64,000 nucleotides of DNA. Origin: Hormiphora californensis (taxonomy: Eukaryota > Animalia > Ctenophora). Where the stretch lies: contig CM035354.1 of NCBI GenBank assembly GCA_020137815.1, forward strand, positions 1,550,001-1,614,000, given 5' to 3'. The translations under genes were made by a program, and so were the position numbers. Under the pieces are notes generated by a model. It was given only the letters and a program-made list of their open reading frames with translations, had not been told where the DNA came from and searched no databases. Shown here piece by piece: positions 1 to 12,606 of the stretch; positions within the stretch are counted from its first letter, which is position 1, and every line of letters starts with the position of its first letter.

Positions 1-538
1 AGTATTGAAAATGTGTGTAAACACACAGTTCTGTCAACAAAAGAAAGGGGAAACATGTCTGCAACACGTTTCAATGTTATCTCTCTCATAAGGAGTGAAA
101 AGAATCACATTCCATTCATTTCTCTCTCTCATTGTCTCTTTTACTGTTCACTACCTCTGACAGTGTGTATTGCCCCTAATCTTTCTCTCTCTTTCTCAAA
201 CATGTTAGGAACAGTAGACACTAAGTCTACACACATTTTCAGGGTGTCTATTGACTATTTGCCAGCAGTTCTAGTGTGTTTCACCTTGTGTTGTGTCTCT
301 TATTTGTGTGTAATTACTATCGGGTTTCATAAAATATGAACGTTTGTTAGCCTATCGCGTTATAGGTTTAAATCACCTCCCCCTCACCCTCGGCTGGCGC
401 CTCGGGATCGGCGTCGGGATTTAAACCAGTTTAATCGCCCTGCCGGGCGATTAAACTCCAGTTGGCTGTCCCCAGCTCGCGCTGGGAACAGCCAACTTCA
501 TAACGCGCCAGTCTACAAACGTTCATACTTCATATGAA
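1..538 (+). mobile_element. Non-autonomous composite repeat element, copy 1 (truncated by window edge)
   Basis: Reverse complement of about 7385-7922. The 108-aa ORFs at 13-339 (+) and 7583-7909 (-) are identical. Confidence 0.85.
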
Positions 539-963
539 CGAAAAATTAGAAAAATCTATCGAGCCAATCCTTCTCGTCCTTAAAGGGTTAACTAGTTAGT
601 TAAGCGGAAATTGGGTGATATAACTAGATGGGAGATAATTTGGTCTTATTATAGAAGATTGGGTCTCTAACTAGTTAGTTAGATTCCGCTATTTTCGCTT
701 AGATATAAACTAGTACTAGTTAGTTAAGCGGAAATAATTGGTATAACCCCGGTATAAATGCAATCTTAACTACTTTACTTGATACTTGACTGCTAAACGC
801 AAAGGTTATATCGTAACTTTTAATGAGTATGGTATTTATATCTGGGGGGTAGCTGCAGGGGGATGTGCAGGGGGGGGGGGGTAGCTTATGAGTATGGCAT
901 ATCAGAAGTTATAAAATCAAGAGCTGGGGGGGAGCTGCAGGGGGATGTGATTATAACCAGTAC

Positions 964-3900
964 CTGCGCAAAGTCCCGTACAAGCAGAAGAAGTTCTTTC
1001 ATCTCCAGAAATCCAGAATGATCCTGATCGTAGTTCCTCCACATCTTGAGGAAATCTGAAGAATCAGGAATAGTTAGGAACCTAAGACTATCATGTAGAG
1101 GCAAAATAGGATACCTTACATTCTAAGTAACATTCTTTGTTACACATCTTGAGGAAATATGTACAAAGGGAGGGGTTTAAGAAAATCTGTATAGCGGAAT
1201 CAGGAATAGCATTAGTTAGGAACAATTGACTATCATGCAGAGGATAACTAGGATCTACCATGTTCTAAACATTTTTTAATACACAGCGCCAGGGGTAAGA
1301 TCTCTTAGTATCCTAGTATGGGAAGTAATTTTGATCTCTCCTTCTGGTGATCAATACACACACACACACACACACACACACGCCCTCTGTACAACAGTTT
1401 AATGGGGAATCTCACACATACACGGGCAGAACTCGGTTAAGGAGAGATTAATTAGTATCCTAGTATGAATTGAAACAAACTGCTGATTATTTAGTTAGTG
1501 GTTAGGTACCTGCTGAGGGTATCCTGTGCCCTATCCTAATGAGGTAGTTCTGCTCGGTAGGGATGCAGTCTATCAGGACATCTTTAGGTATCTCAGCGGG
1601 TAACCTCTCTCCCATTATATCGTGTATCTTGTGCAGTACCTCCATGGTGAAACTGAATATTTGGACTATTTTTATATGAACTATGAACGTTTGTAGACTG
1701 GCGCGTTATCAAGTTGGCTGTTCCCAGCGCGAGCTGGGGACAGCCAACTGGAGTTTAATCGCCCGGCAGGGCGATTAAACTGGTTTAAATCACGACGCCG
1801 ATCCCGAGGCGCCAGCCGAGGGTGAGGGGGAGGTGATTTAAACCTATAACGCGATAGGCTAACAAACGTTCATAGTTTATGAAACCCGATAGTAATTACA
1901 CACTAACATGAGACACAATACAAGGTAAAACACACAAGGAGTACTGGAAAATATTCAACAGACGTCCCCAAACTATGTGTAGACTAACTGGCACCTAGTT
2001 GCAACTGTTCCTAACATATTTGAGTAAGAGAGAGCAAGATTGGAGCCAATACACACAGTGAGAGATATTGAATAGTAAAAGAGAGAATGAGAGAGAGAAG
2101 AGATAGGAATGCGACTCTTTTGACTTTTTATGAGAGAGATAACATTGAAAAGTGTTGCAGATGTGTTTCCCTCTCTGTTATTGACAGAACTGTGTGTTTA
2201 CACACATTTTAATTACTCTGAATTTTACACGCATTTTACTGGGAAGAACTATTTTAGGTATACTTACAAAGGCAAATAAATCAATACACACATCAGAACC
2301 GTACACACTAAGGACCCCACACAGCGTCTGCTGCAGCTAAGGGGCCCTGAAATCTAGATAGAAGGCTAGTAAAATACTGCAAAAGCCTCGTCACGGTAAT
2401 TGAAGTACTAAAGAGAGGGGGTAGAAAATACCTGGTGGACTGGGCGGCTATCCCGAGGGTGGAGCAGGCCTCATATCTCGGACTGTGAACATGAACAGAG
2501 TGGGGAGGGGTAGGGCGTAGGGGAGGGGTAGGGGAGGTGTATTGTGTACTAGAGAACGTTACTGGGTACAATGGACTCAATCAGGTGTTTCTTAGTGAGA
2601 CGGACAAACTCAGTCAGTGAATCACTCTGTCTGATAGAGTAGGGCAGCTTATTCCACAAATCAGTGACTCGGTGAAAAAAGCTAGTCCCTAAGAGCCCTA
2701 TGAGTGTTCGTGTGGTAGGCAGACATGAACACTAGAGTCGTTTTGTCACGACCCTCACGAATGTCACTATTCTGACGGGTGGCTCTGAGTGTGCTGGGGT
2801 TGATCGGTTGAATGTACTGAGGGACAGTGATGCTAATCATACCATACACAATCTTGTAAAACAATCTAAGATCGTAAAACTCGAACAGCTGCTTAAACGG
2901 GAGAAGGTTCAAACTCAGCAGATGATCCACATACTCGTCATTTGTATACGAGGCAAGTGGTTCATTTCTGATCCATTTCACAACCCGTTTTTGCAGCAGT
3001 TCAAGTGACCTCAGACTACCAGCATTCACACACGACCAGACCTGGTTACAGTGCTCAACTAACGACCTCACCATGGACAGATACAGTGTTCTCTTACAAG
3101 AACTCCTACTAAGGAAATAACAAGTCCTGCGGAGCAGGTTGAACTTAAACGACATGGATGTGATAATAGAGTCACAGTGGGAGTTGAAATCTAAAGTGCT
3201 GTTGATGACAATACCCAGGTCACGTTGGTTAGTGACATACTCCAGAGCCACCCCTCCAAGAGAGTAGAAGTACTTGTGGAAGGGGAGGCTACTGAATGGG
3301 TTAGATGACTGTGTGGTAGGGCTGATGACACTCAGAACCTGGCACTTAGCTGGGTGAAACCGCATCATGCTCCGAATTGACCAATCATACAAGGCATCAA
3401 TTGACTTCTGAAGTTCAAAATGATCACTCATACTGTCTATTCTGCGCCAGATCTTGGTGTCATCAGCGTACAGGGAGATGTTAGTCCCAGGTGACGTTAA
3501 GTTAAATATATCATTAATAAACAGGACGAACAATACAGGACCTAAGATGGATCCCTGGGGTACACCAGAGGCCACCGGAAGGATATCAGAGCTCCCACCA
3601 TCAATAACAACTTTCTGACATCTATCCTTCAGGTAGCTCCTAATGAGTCCCAGCAACTGACCACCCACACCAAAACCCAGCTTCAGCTTACTCAGTATCA
3701 GATCATGATTACAAGAATCGAAGGCACGGGAGAAGTCAAAGTATACAACATCTACCCTTGCCCTCGCGTCTAATGCTTCTGCCAGATTGTGGGTGAATGG
3801 AATAAGTTGTGTGGTACAGGATCTACCTCCTAGAAAACCATGCTGACGGGGGTCTAGGTGAGGGGAACATATATCTAGAATCCTAGGCTTGACAAGCCTC

Positions 3901-6900
3901 TCTAGGACCTTAGAAACAAGAGAAAGTAGAGATATGGGTCTATAGTTAGCCACGTCTCTCCGATCTCCTTTTTTAAAGACAGGTACTATTGAGGCAAGCT
4001 TCCAAGCGTCGGGAAATGTACCCTCCCTCGCACAAATGTTATACAGTAACCAGAGGGGGTAAGTGAGAGACCCAGCACAGTTTTTGAGGACTCTGCCAGG
4101 TATCCCATCATCCCCACAGGCCTTAGAACTATCAATAGATGCAAGGGCAGTATACACTTCGTTATAGGTAAAGAACACTGAGCTCTCAGACACATCTACC
4201 TCAATATCGTAGCTACTAGGAGCAGTGAAATGTGAGACAAGATGGTTGTTGAACAGGTTCGCCTTACCAGAGGGATCAGACCTATACACACCGTCACTAA
4301 ACACACTCTCGGGGATCCGCAGGGTCTTACTGGACAACTTAATATGAGACCAGAACCTCTTGGTGATACCACACCCAGAATCAACATCAAAATAGTCGTT
4401 CATTCTAGATGAGATAACCCTCTTTAGGTTTTTTCTAGCCACATAATAAGCTGTCTTATTCTCAGGAGAGGGGTTGCCACTGAGACGAGATCTCAGGGTC
4501 TCCTTCCTGTTTCTAGCTCTCACCACATCACGATCATCATGCCACGACGGGGTGAAAGGGTTTCTCACACGCTTCTTGGGGATGTACTTCTCACACAGAC
4601 TAACAATCACTCTCCTCACATTCTCCCAGGAATCGTTGATATTAACACTGATAAGCCGATCCCAGTTCACCATGCCAAGGGCGACATTCAGTGGAATGGG
4701 GTCGAACTTTCTAAAATCATAACGAAATCTGGCAGGACGGCTACTACGGTTGAAACTTAGATTTATATTAAATCTCAGCCCGTAGTGATCAGAACAACAC
4801 ACCTCATTCACATCACAAACTGACAACTGACCAACGAGATCCGGGCAGTTGGTGAACAACAAATCTAATGTGTTACCAGAGACATGTGTAGGGGACATAA
4901 CCAGCTGGGAATGACCTAGTTCACCACAGAGAAAGTCAACGAACTCACCTTCAAGAGCATTCTTAGTGGTGCCATCGGGCCAGGAGATCCCTGGTAGGTT
5001 GAAGTCACCGACTAAGAAATGCCGCTTGAAACTCCTGGTTTTGGCCAGATTCAACAAATAACTTTTAACATTGGACAGGTTAACAGATGTTAACGAACTA
5101 ACACGGTAAAAGGTGGTTATACAGAAACTGATGTTGGTACTACAGTTGAAAACAACACTGAGAATCTCTGCCTGGGTACTAAAGCGGTCAAACTTATAAC
5201 TAGAAAGAGAAAGGTCTTCCCTATGCGCTATGAGCACCCCACCACCGTTGGCCCTAAACTTCTTGGGTTGATCGGGGTCAAAGGGATGGGTAGCAGCACA
5301 GCGATCCAGTCTGAACACTTTGTAACCATTAGAGAATATCTCACTAGGCTTGATATTGCTTTTCAACCATGTCTCGTTAATGACTATAATATCGGGCTTG
5401 TGAGTGTAGATGAAGTCCTGGAATTCTAGGACCTTGCTCACAGCCAGGTCAGGAGAAGTCTGACTAAGGTTGGCAGTGTGAACAAAGCCCCGAACATTAT
5501 TATAGAGCACACTCAGAGAACGAGGTCCTGGGTTGGCAATACTGGGGTTACAGACAAACAGCATGAGAAAGTTCATCACACACAAGAAGAGAGAAATCAC
5601 CATATGGGACGTACTATGATCTCTCTGTCTGGTGGTGAAGATGAGGATACACACTAGATTAACAAACGGTCTAATAGCACACAGGGGGTGGGTAGGGGGG
5701 AAGAGGGGCAGAACAGCTGGGGTTACTGTAGGGGGTGGGTTAGTGATAGACAGGTGAGCAAAGAAACAGAGTGAAACGATAAACGTGTACATGAACAGTC
5801 CGAGAATGAGGCCACATACCAGTTCGAGGAAAGCCGCAAAGTCCGCAGGTCCTTCTAGATTCCCCTGGTTTACACATCTAGAGACATAAACACACTTTCC
5901 AATCCTCTCTCTATATAACTCTAAACATATTGGTATTAGTGGCGAGAAGGGGGCTACCCGTGCACAGGTAAAAACAGTATAGTGGGGGCAAGAAGGGGGC
6001 GGACCGGGGTAAAACAGCGAGGTAGGTTGAGCAGAGGGGTTAGGGAACGACCAGCAAGTAGAGTTCAGGGAGTGGGGATCAAATAAACAAACCCGAGTAA
6101 ATATCCAATTAAATATTCAATCACTGTGAGAGTAAAAACTGAGAATCTAGACTTGTTTCCAAAAAAGAAACAAAACACAGTTCAGCTAAAAATAGACACT
6201 ATAGCTCCACCCTCCCCAACATTCTCTACTCCTGGGTTAGGAAGAACAGTCTCCCAAATAAGGTATAAAGAGTTCGATCACGTGACAAGCGGTGCAACAC
6301 AGTGCTCTCTCTCCCTCGCTCCTTACTACCCTTGCCTGCAGATGTACAATACATAGAATACACGACACGTGATCAATCAGGCAGGGGCTAAAAAAGACAG
6401 TCAATACTAAGATCTCTCATTCAGTTGATTCACATTTGTGATCCGTCTCTTGAAAGTATCGTCAGACATCTTAACAGAGAACATCTTAACCGGCCCGTCG
6501 AAATACACCTTGCTCACTCCCTCACACTCCTCCAGTTGCCTCTTCCTCTCCAGAACAGCAGGTGGGGTATAATGGTAAGCACCAATATTCTTCTTTCTCA
6601 GGGGACCCTGTCGCCTGTAATCAGAAACAATGTCCTTATCCCGGATGTGACTAAATACAACAGTAACAGAGCGGGGTTTGGCTGGATCCTTCAATTTGTT
6701 CCGGTGTACAGTTGATATCCGGCTGGATGTGAAGTCGGGAATGATCTCCCTAACATGCTTGGCCACCACCTCAGTGATGTCCTCGCTGGGGTCCTCTTTT
6801 ATACCGGTCAGGATGGTGGTAGATCTCCCGGAGTATGATTCAGACTTCAGCAGGCGGTCCTCAAGGGAGGGGTCGCTGGTCTGGCCAGTGGAGACAAGAG

Positions 6901-9900
6901 GTCCCATCGACTCCAAACGAGTCTCAAGAGCTGCATTACTCTTCTGGAGCTCAGCAACGGTGCTTTTGAGAGCAGCATTTTCCTCTCGGATCTCAGCGAT
7001 GGCAAAATACAGAACATTGAATACTGCGGCAATGTCACCATGTTTAGCAGCAAGTTTTTTGGACTCAGCTATCACCTTAGACTGGTCTAGAGCAAGAAAG
7101 GCACTGGTATCGGTTCTAGTACGGGTAGCAGTGACCATGTTTAATTAATCAAGGTGGCAGGAATTTGTTGGGGGTGAAGAAGAGTAGATGTATCAGGAGC
7201 TCTAAAAACACGACCAAATATACGATGGCAATTGCAATGGCAATTGCATGTTATTCAAATGAAGAGAAATGCGTGAAAAGGGGCACTGGTCTGTTAAATC
7301 GCTAGGAGGATGTAAAATCTCCCAGCTCGCAGTTAACATGTGCGCGTAAAATGTTCAAACGACTGATAAATTAGCTATCGGGTTTCATATGAAGTATGAA
7401 CGTTTGTAGACTGGCGCGTTATGAAGTTGGCTGTTCCCAGCGCGAGCTGGGGACAGCCAACTGGAGTTTAATCGCCCGGCAGGGCGATTAAACTGGTTTA
7501 AATCCCGACGCCGATCCCGAGGCGCCAGCCGAGGGTGAGGGGGAGGTGATTTAAACCTATAACGCGATAGGCTAACAAACGTTCATATTTTATGAAACCC
7601 GATAGTAATTACACACAAATAAGAGACACAACACAAGGTGAAACACACTAGAACTGCTGGCAAATAGTCAATAGACACCCTGAAAATGTGTGTAGACTTA
7701 GTGTCTACTGTTCCTAACATGTTTGAGAAAGAGAGAGAAAGATTAGGGGCAATACACACTGTCAGAGGTAGTGAACAGTAAAAGAGACAATGAGAGAGAG
7801 AAATGAATGGAATGTGATTCTTTTCACTCCTTATGAGAGAGATAACATTGAAACGTGTTGCAGACATGTTTCCCCTTTCTTTTGTTGACAGAACTGTGTG
7901 TTTACACACATTTTCAATACTTAGAATTTTACACGCATGTTATTCAAATGAAGAGAAATGCGTGAAAAAGAGAGCGGGACTGTTAAACAGCGAGCAGGGT
8001 GTTAAATCTCCCAGCTAGCAGTTATCATGAGCGCGCAAAATGTCCAAACGACTGTTAAATCACCTATCGGGTTTCATAGTTCATTTAATTTCAGCTAACA
8101 AGTTGTTTTCCAGAAGTTTATGTGTCCCGTTTTTCGTTAGACTTTTTTCAATTTTTTTTTGGAGTATATAATCAGTAGATGTGTCTATTTTGTTCTAAGT
8201 GAGTCAGGATATTAACAATCTTGGTGTACCGCTCTGAATCTGGGCAGTGTTGGACTCATGTCAATGATCCAGCCCTGTCTGGACTGAGCGGTATACTAAA
8301 AACCCTTTATTATTATTATTATTATTAGTATATTCGAACATCCCACGTACCAGCCCCACGTACCAGCCCCACGTACCAGCCCCACGTACCAGCCCCACAT
8401 ACCAGCCCCACGTACCAGCCCCACGTACCAGCCCCACGTACCAGCCCCACGCACCAGCCCCACGTACCAGCCCCACATACCAGCCCCACGTACCAGCCCC
8501 ACGTACCAGCTCCCCACGTACCAGCCCCACGTACCAGCCCCACATACCAGCCCCACATACCAGCCCCCCACGTACCAGCCCCACGTACCAGCCCCACGTA
8601 CCAGCCCCACATACCAGCCCCACATACCAGCCCCACGTACCAGCCCCACATACCAGCCCCACGTACCAGCCCCACGTACCAGCCCCACGTACCAGCCCCA
8701 CATACCAGCCCCACGTACCAGCCCCACGTACCAGCCCCACGTACCAGCCCCACGCACCAGCCCCACGTACCAGCCCCACATACCAGCCCCACGTACCAGC
8801 TCCCCACGTACCAGCCCCACGTACCAGCCCCACGTACCAGCCCCACATACCAGCCCCACATACCAGCCCCACATACCAGCCCCCCACGTACCAGCCCCAC
8901 GTACCAGCCCCACGTACCAGCCCCACGTACCAGCCCCACATACCAGCCCCACATACCAGCCCCACGTACCAGCCCCACATACCAGCCCCACGTACCAGCC
9001 CCACGTACCAGCCCCACGTACCTGCCCCACGTACCAGCCCCACGTACCAGCCCCACGTACCAGCCCCACGTACCAGCCCCTCGTACCAGCCCCACGTACC
9101 AGCCCCACGTACCAGCCCCACATACCAGCCCCACGTACCAGCCCCACATACCAGCCCCCCACGTACCAGCCCCACGTACCAGCCCCACGTGCCAGCCCCA
9201 CGTACCAGGCCCAGGTACCAGCCCCAGGTACCAGCCCCACATACCAGCCCCACGTACCAGCCCCACGTACCAGCCCCACATACCAGCCCCCCACGTACCA
9301 GCCCCACGTACCAGCCCCACCTACCAGCCCCACGTACCAGCCCCACATACCAGCCCCACCTACCAGCCCCACGTACCAGCCCCACATACCAGCCCCCAAC
9401 ATACCAGCCCCACGTACCAGCCCCACGTACCAGCCCCACGTACCAGCCCCACATACCAGCCCCACGTACCAGCCCCACGTACCAGCCCCACGCACCAGCC
9501 CCACATACCAGCCCCACGTACCAGCCCCACGTACCAGCCCCACGTACCAGCCCCACGTACCAGCCCCACGTACCAGCCCCACGTACCAGCCCCACGTACC
9601 AGCCCCACATACCAGCCCCACATACCAGCCCCACGTACCAGCCCCACGTACCAGCCCCACATACCAGCCCCACGTACCAGCCCCATGTACCAGCCCCACA
9701 TACCAGCCCCACGTACCAGCCCCACATACCAGCCCCACGTACCAGCCCCACGTACCAGCCCCACATACCAGCCCCACGTACCAGCCCCACATACCAGCCC
9801 CACGTACCAGCCCCACGTACCAGCCCCCCGTACCAGCCCCACATACCAGCCCCACGTACCAGCCCCACGTACCAGCCCCACGTACCAGCCCCACATACCA

Positions 9901-11024
9901 GCCCCACGTACCACATACCAGCCCCACGTACCAGCCCCACATACCAGCCCCAAGTACCAGCCCCACATACCAGCCCCACGTACCAGCCCCACGTACCAGC
10001 CCCACGTACCAGCCCCCCATACCAGCCCCACGTACCAGCCCCACATACCAGCCCCACGTACCAGCCCCACGTACCAGCCCCACATACCAGCCCCACGTAC
10101 CAGCCCCACGTACCAGCCCCACATACCAGCCCCACGTACCAGCCCCACGTACCAGCCCCACGTACCAGCCCCACGTACCAGCCCCACGCACCAGCCCCAC
10201 ATACCAGCCCCACGTACCAGCCCCACATACCAGCCCCACGTACCAGCCCCACGTACCAGCTCCCCACGTACCAGCCCCACGTACCAGCCCCACATACCAG
10301 CCCCACATACCAGCCCCACGTACCAGCCCCACGTACCAGCCCCACGTACCAGCCCCACGTACCAGCCCCACGCACCAGCCCCACATACCAGCCCCACGTA
10401 CCAGCCCCACATACCAGCCCCACGTACCAGCCCCACGTACCAGCTCCCCACGTACCAGCCCCACGTACCAGCCCCACATACCAGCCCCACATACCAGCCC
10501 CACGTACCAGCCCCACGTACCAGCCCCACATACCAGCCCCACGTACCAGCCCCAGGTACCAGCCCCACGTACCAGCCCCACGTACCAGCCCCACGTACCA
10601 GCCCCACGTACCAGCCCCACGTACCAGCCCCACGTACCAGCCCCACGTACCAGCCCCACATACCAGCCCCACGTACCAGCCCCACGTACCAGCCCCACGT
10701 ACCAGCCCCACCTACCAGCCCCACGTACCAGCCCCACATACCAGCCCCACGTACCATTTAGTATCCTCTGAACTGAGTTTCCACACATATTCCTTTGAAA
10801 CAAGACAGTTCAGGAACTCATCAAGCAAAACCGTCTCTAGGCAACCACTGAAAATTATTGGAGTTTAGACTTTAGTACCGTTTCTCCATAGGCGTCTATC
10901 TATCACGTAATTTATTCAAACGATACTAACTTGTCATAAACGTCGTTATTTTCTAATTCATTTCTCAAAGTGGCTGGCGAGATCCTGAACTTCTTTTCCA
11001 TCACTTTCCGTCTCACTCTTGAAC
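964..11024 (-). CDS. Calbindin/calretinin/secretagogin-like EF-hand protein (partial, spliced; 3' end not recovered in window)
   Basis: Phase-consistent GT-AG exons 11024-10931, 10847-10755, 1652-1510 and 1055-964. They translate to ...NNDVYDNGCLETVLLDEFL...CIPTEQNYLIRIGHRIPSADFLKMWRNYDQDHSGFLEMKELLLLVRDFAQ, matching the calbindin pattern LPTEENFL...[21 protein letters not shown]. The start is uncertain (possible ATGG|gt near 11246). Confidence 0.8.
2549..5792 (-). CDS. LINE ORF2: APE endonuclease plus reverse transcriptase (1-bp frameshift near C-terminus)
   Basis: APE motifs NNVRG, NETW, GGGV, GDFN, GNTLD, SDH. RT motifs YRPISLL, QHGF, DFSRAFD, GVPQGSILGP, YADD. The CR1-type tail SFFHRVTDLWNKLP lies in a shifted frame after about 2685 and ends at 2549. 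The true start codon is uncertain. Confidence 0.92.
6407..7138 (-). CDS. LINE ORF1 (coiled coil plus L1-ORF1-type RRM-like region)
   Basis: Heptad region IREENAALKSTVAELQKSNAALETRLE, followed by ESYSGRSTTILTGIKE...ISTVHR...PRSVTVVF. Lies upstream of ORF2 on the same strand. Confidence 0.85.
   Translation of the reverse strand: MVTATRTRTDTSAFLALDQSKVIAESKKLAAKHGDIAAVFNVLYFAIAEIREENAALKSTVAELQKSNAALETRLESMGPLVSTGQTSDPSLEDRLLKSESYSGRSTTILTGIKEDPSEDITEVVAKHVREIIPDFTSSRISTVHRNKLKDPAKPRSVTVVFSHIRDKDIVSDYRRQGPLRKKNIGAYHYTPPAVLERKRQLEECEGVSKVYFDGPVKMFSVKMSDDTFKRRITNVNQLNERS
8342..10754. repeat. 13-bp minisatellite (CCCCAC[G/A]TACCAG), about 185 units
   Basis: Directly visible tandem array inside the large intron of the EF-hand gene. 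Confidence 0.97.
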
Positions 11025-12086
11025 CTAGAAAGAGCTGGGATTATAAACGCCGCTATAATAATCACCTTTCTATAACTCCTAGGAAAGAAATATATGATGT
11101 ATTACATCATTCATTCAAAGTGAATTGTAAAATACTAGTAGGCCCGTTCGCCCTACGGGCGAATTTCGGGGAAATGGTAGCTGGATTAGGGAACGCTGAC
11201 ATCACATGCACCATCCGTTCCTAGCCTCTCTCACTTTCTCCCTACCCATGTTGTTGTACGCTCTGGGCTTCCTGACAATGTCAAGGTGCGAATTTAAGAG
11301 ATCAATGTCATGGAGGTGCAGTGCTGTTCCAGAAACTCATCACGTGAAAACTTCGCCGCTATGTAGCCGATTCGGAGATTTCTATATTCGACTGGAGTAA
11401 TCACCCTTGGGCGACGTTGGGTAAAGCTATCCGTAGTCGTTGTCCGTTGATTGGCTCGCTTGAACACGTTGGCGTAATCTGTCATATTCTCTAGCCTGCT
11501 CCCTGACAGCAGCAGATCTTCTGGACCTATATAACCGTTGCCGAATAGCGCTTGGGGTGGAAGAGCTAGACATCAGGACAGAAGTAAAAGAATGCACGTG
11601 CAGAATTGAATTGGCCCTTGGTACCCAAAACTGCAACTGGGAGTGAGGTTTCTAAGTTGCTCTAATAATTGCACGTGCAGGTGTAGTTGCTAGGTGATGT
11701 AGCACTGACAATTTGAATAGTAAGTAGTATGATTTTACTAGGTTCGTTATGAGGTAAATTAGCGACTATAAAAACGCTAATAAATTCCAAGGTGCGATAT
11801 AAATTTCTCTGTGGAACAATTCTTTCGAAACGTTTACCATCCCAAAAACAGCTGCTTTGCGTTTCTTTCAAATCGAAATTCAATCTCACCCACAAAATTA
11901 TATTCTTGCACCCTATCCTATTAAAAGCTAGTAAGACTGGTAAAACCATGGCTGCATGTGTGTGATTACAAAGTAACTACAAAGTAACTAGGATGGAGAA
12001 TGCGGTAACTAGGACGACAACAACCCACATTAGATACAATCTAATGCAGTTGCCTCGATATCTCAGTTGTTTACCAGTTGCCACTG

Positions 12087-12227
12087 CCCTACTAAAATAT
12101 AGTTCGACGCGACGCGACGCGCGATCGATGAACGATCGATAAACGATCGATAAACGATCGATATCGAACGTTTATCGATCGTTCATCGATCGCGCGTCGC
12201 GTCGCGTCGAACTATATTTTAGTAGGG
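12087..12227. mobile_element. Short palindromic MITE-like hairpin
   Basis: CCCTACTAAAATATAGTTCGACGCG...CGCGTCGAACTATATTTTAGTAGGG with CGATCG-rich arms. TG flanks both sides (possible 2-bp TSD). Confidence 0.75.
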
Positions 12228-12567
12228 TGCAGACACACAAACCGACACACAAACCGACACACAAACCGACACACAAACCGACGTCCGACACACAAAATTG
12301 GAAACCGACGTCGGGGGAGATAGTTAACTTTTATTCTTCACTTCCTATTATCCCTCCAAGCTAATATACCTCTCAATTACCTGTTATCATGATGACGTAT
12401 TATATTTCTATCGAATATTATTGAACAAAAGTAAAACGAAAGCGGAGCGAATGAAAACGGAAAATAATTTGTGACTAATGAAGATTTCCGAAATAACATA
12501 ATCGATATCAAAGTAGCGATGTTGGACGAAGATAGCAATACTGAAAAATAGAGAGAGAGAGATATAG

Positions 12568-12606
<39 letters not shown>

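Larger units (their letters stand above)
2235..7245 (-). mobile_element. Apparently full-length CR1/L2-group non-LTR retrotransposon
   Basis: Carries ORF1 and an APE-RT ORF2. It sits at cacgcat|gttattc of the host repeat, an empty site visible in the uninterrupted copy near 7930-7945. GCAT is present on both sides (2231-2234 and 7246-7249). Confidence 0.9.
1676..8084. mobile_element. Head-to-tail dimer of the same composite non-autonomous element, first unit interrupted by a LINE
   Basis: Outer inverted termini ATGAACTATGAA (1676-1687) and TTCATAGTTCAT (8073-8084). Unit 1 is 1683-2234 plus 7250-7388; unit 2 is 7396-8077. Confidence 0.75.

Noticed and set aside
13-339. 108-aa ORF duplicated at 7583-7909
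   Set aside because: It lies within a non-coding repeat and has no recognisable motifs.
8261-10868. Long ORFs of up to 835 aa (GWYVGLVRGAGTW / PAPRTSPTYQPH)
   Set aside because: These are translations of a stop-poor 13-bp minisatellite lying in an intron.
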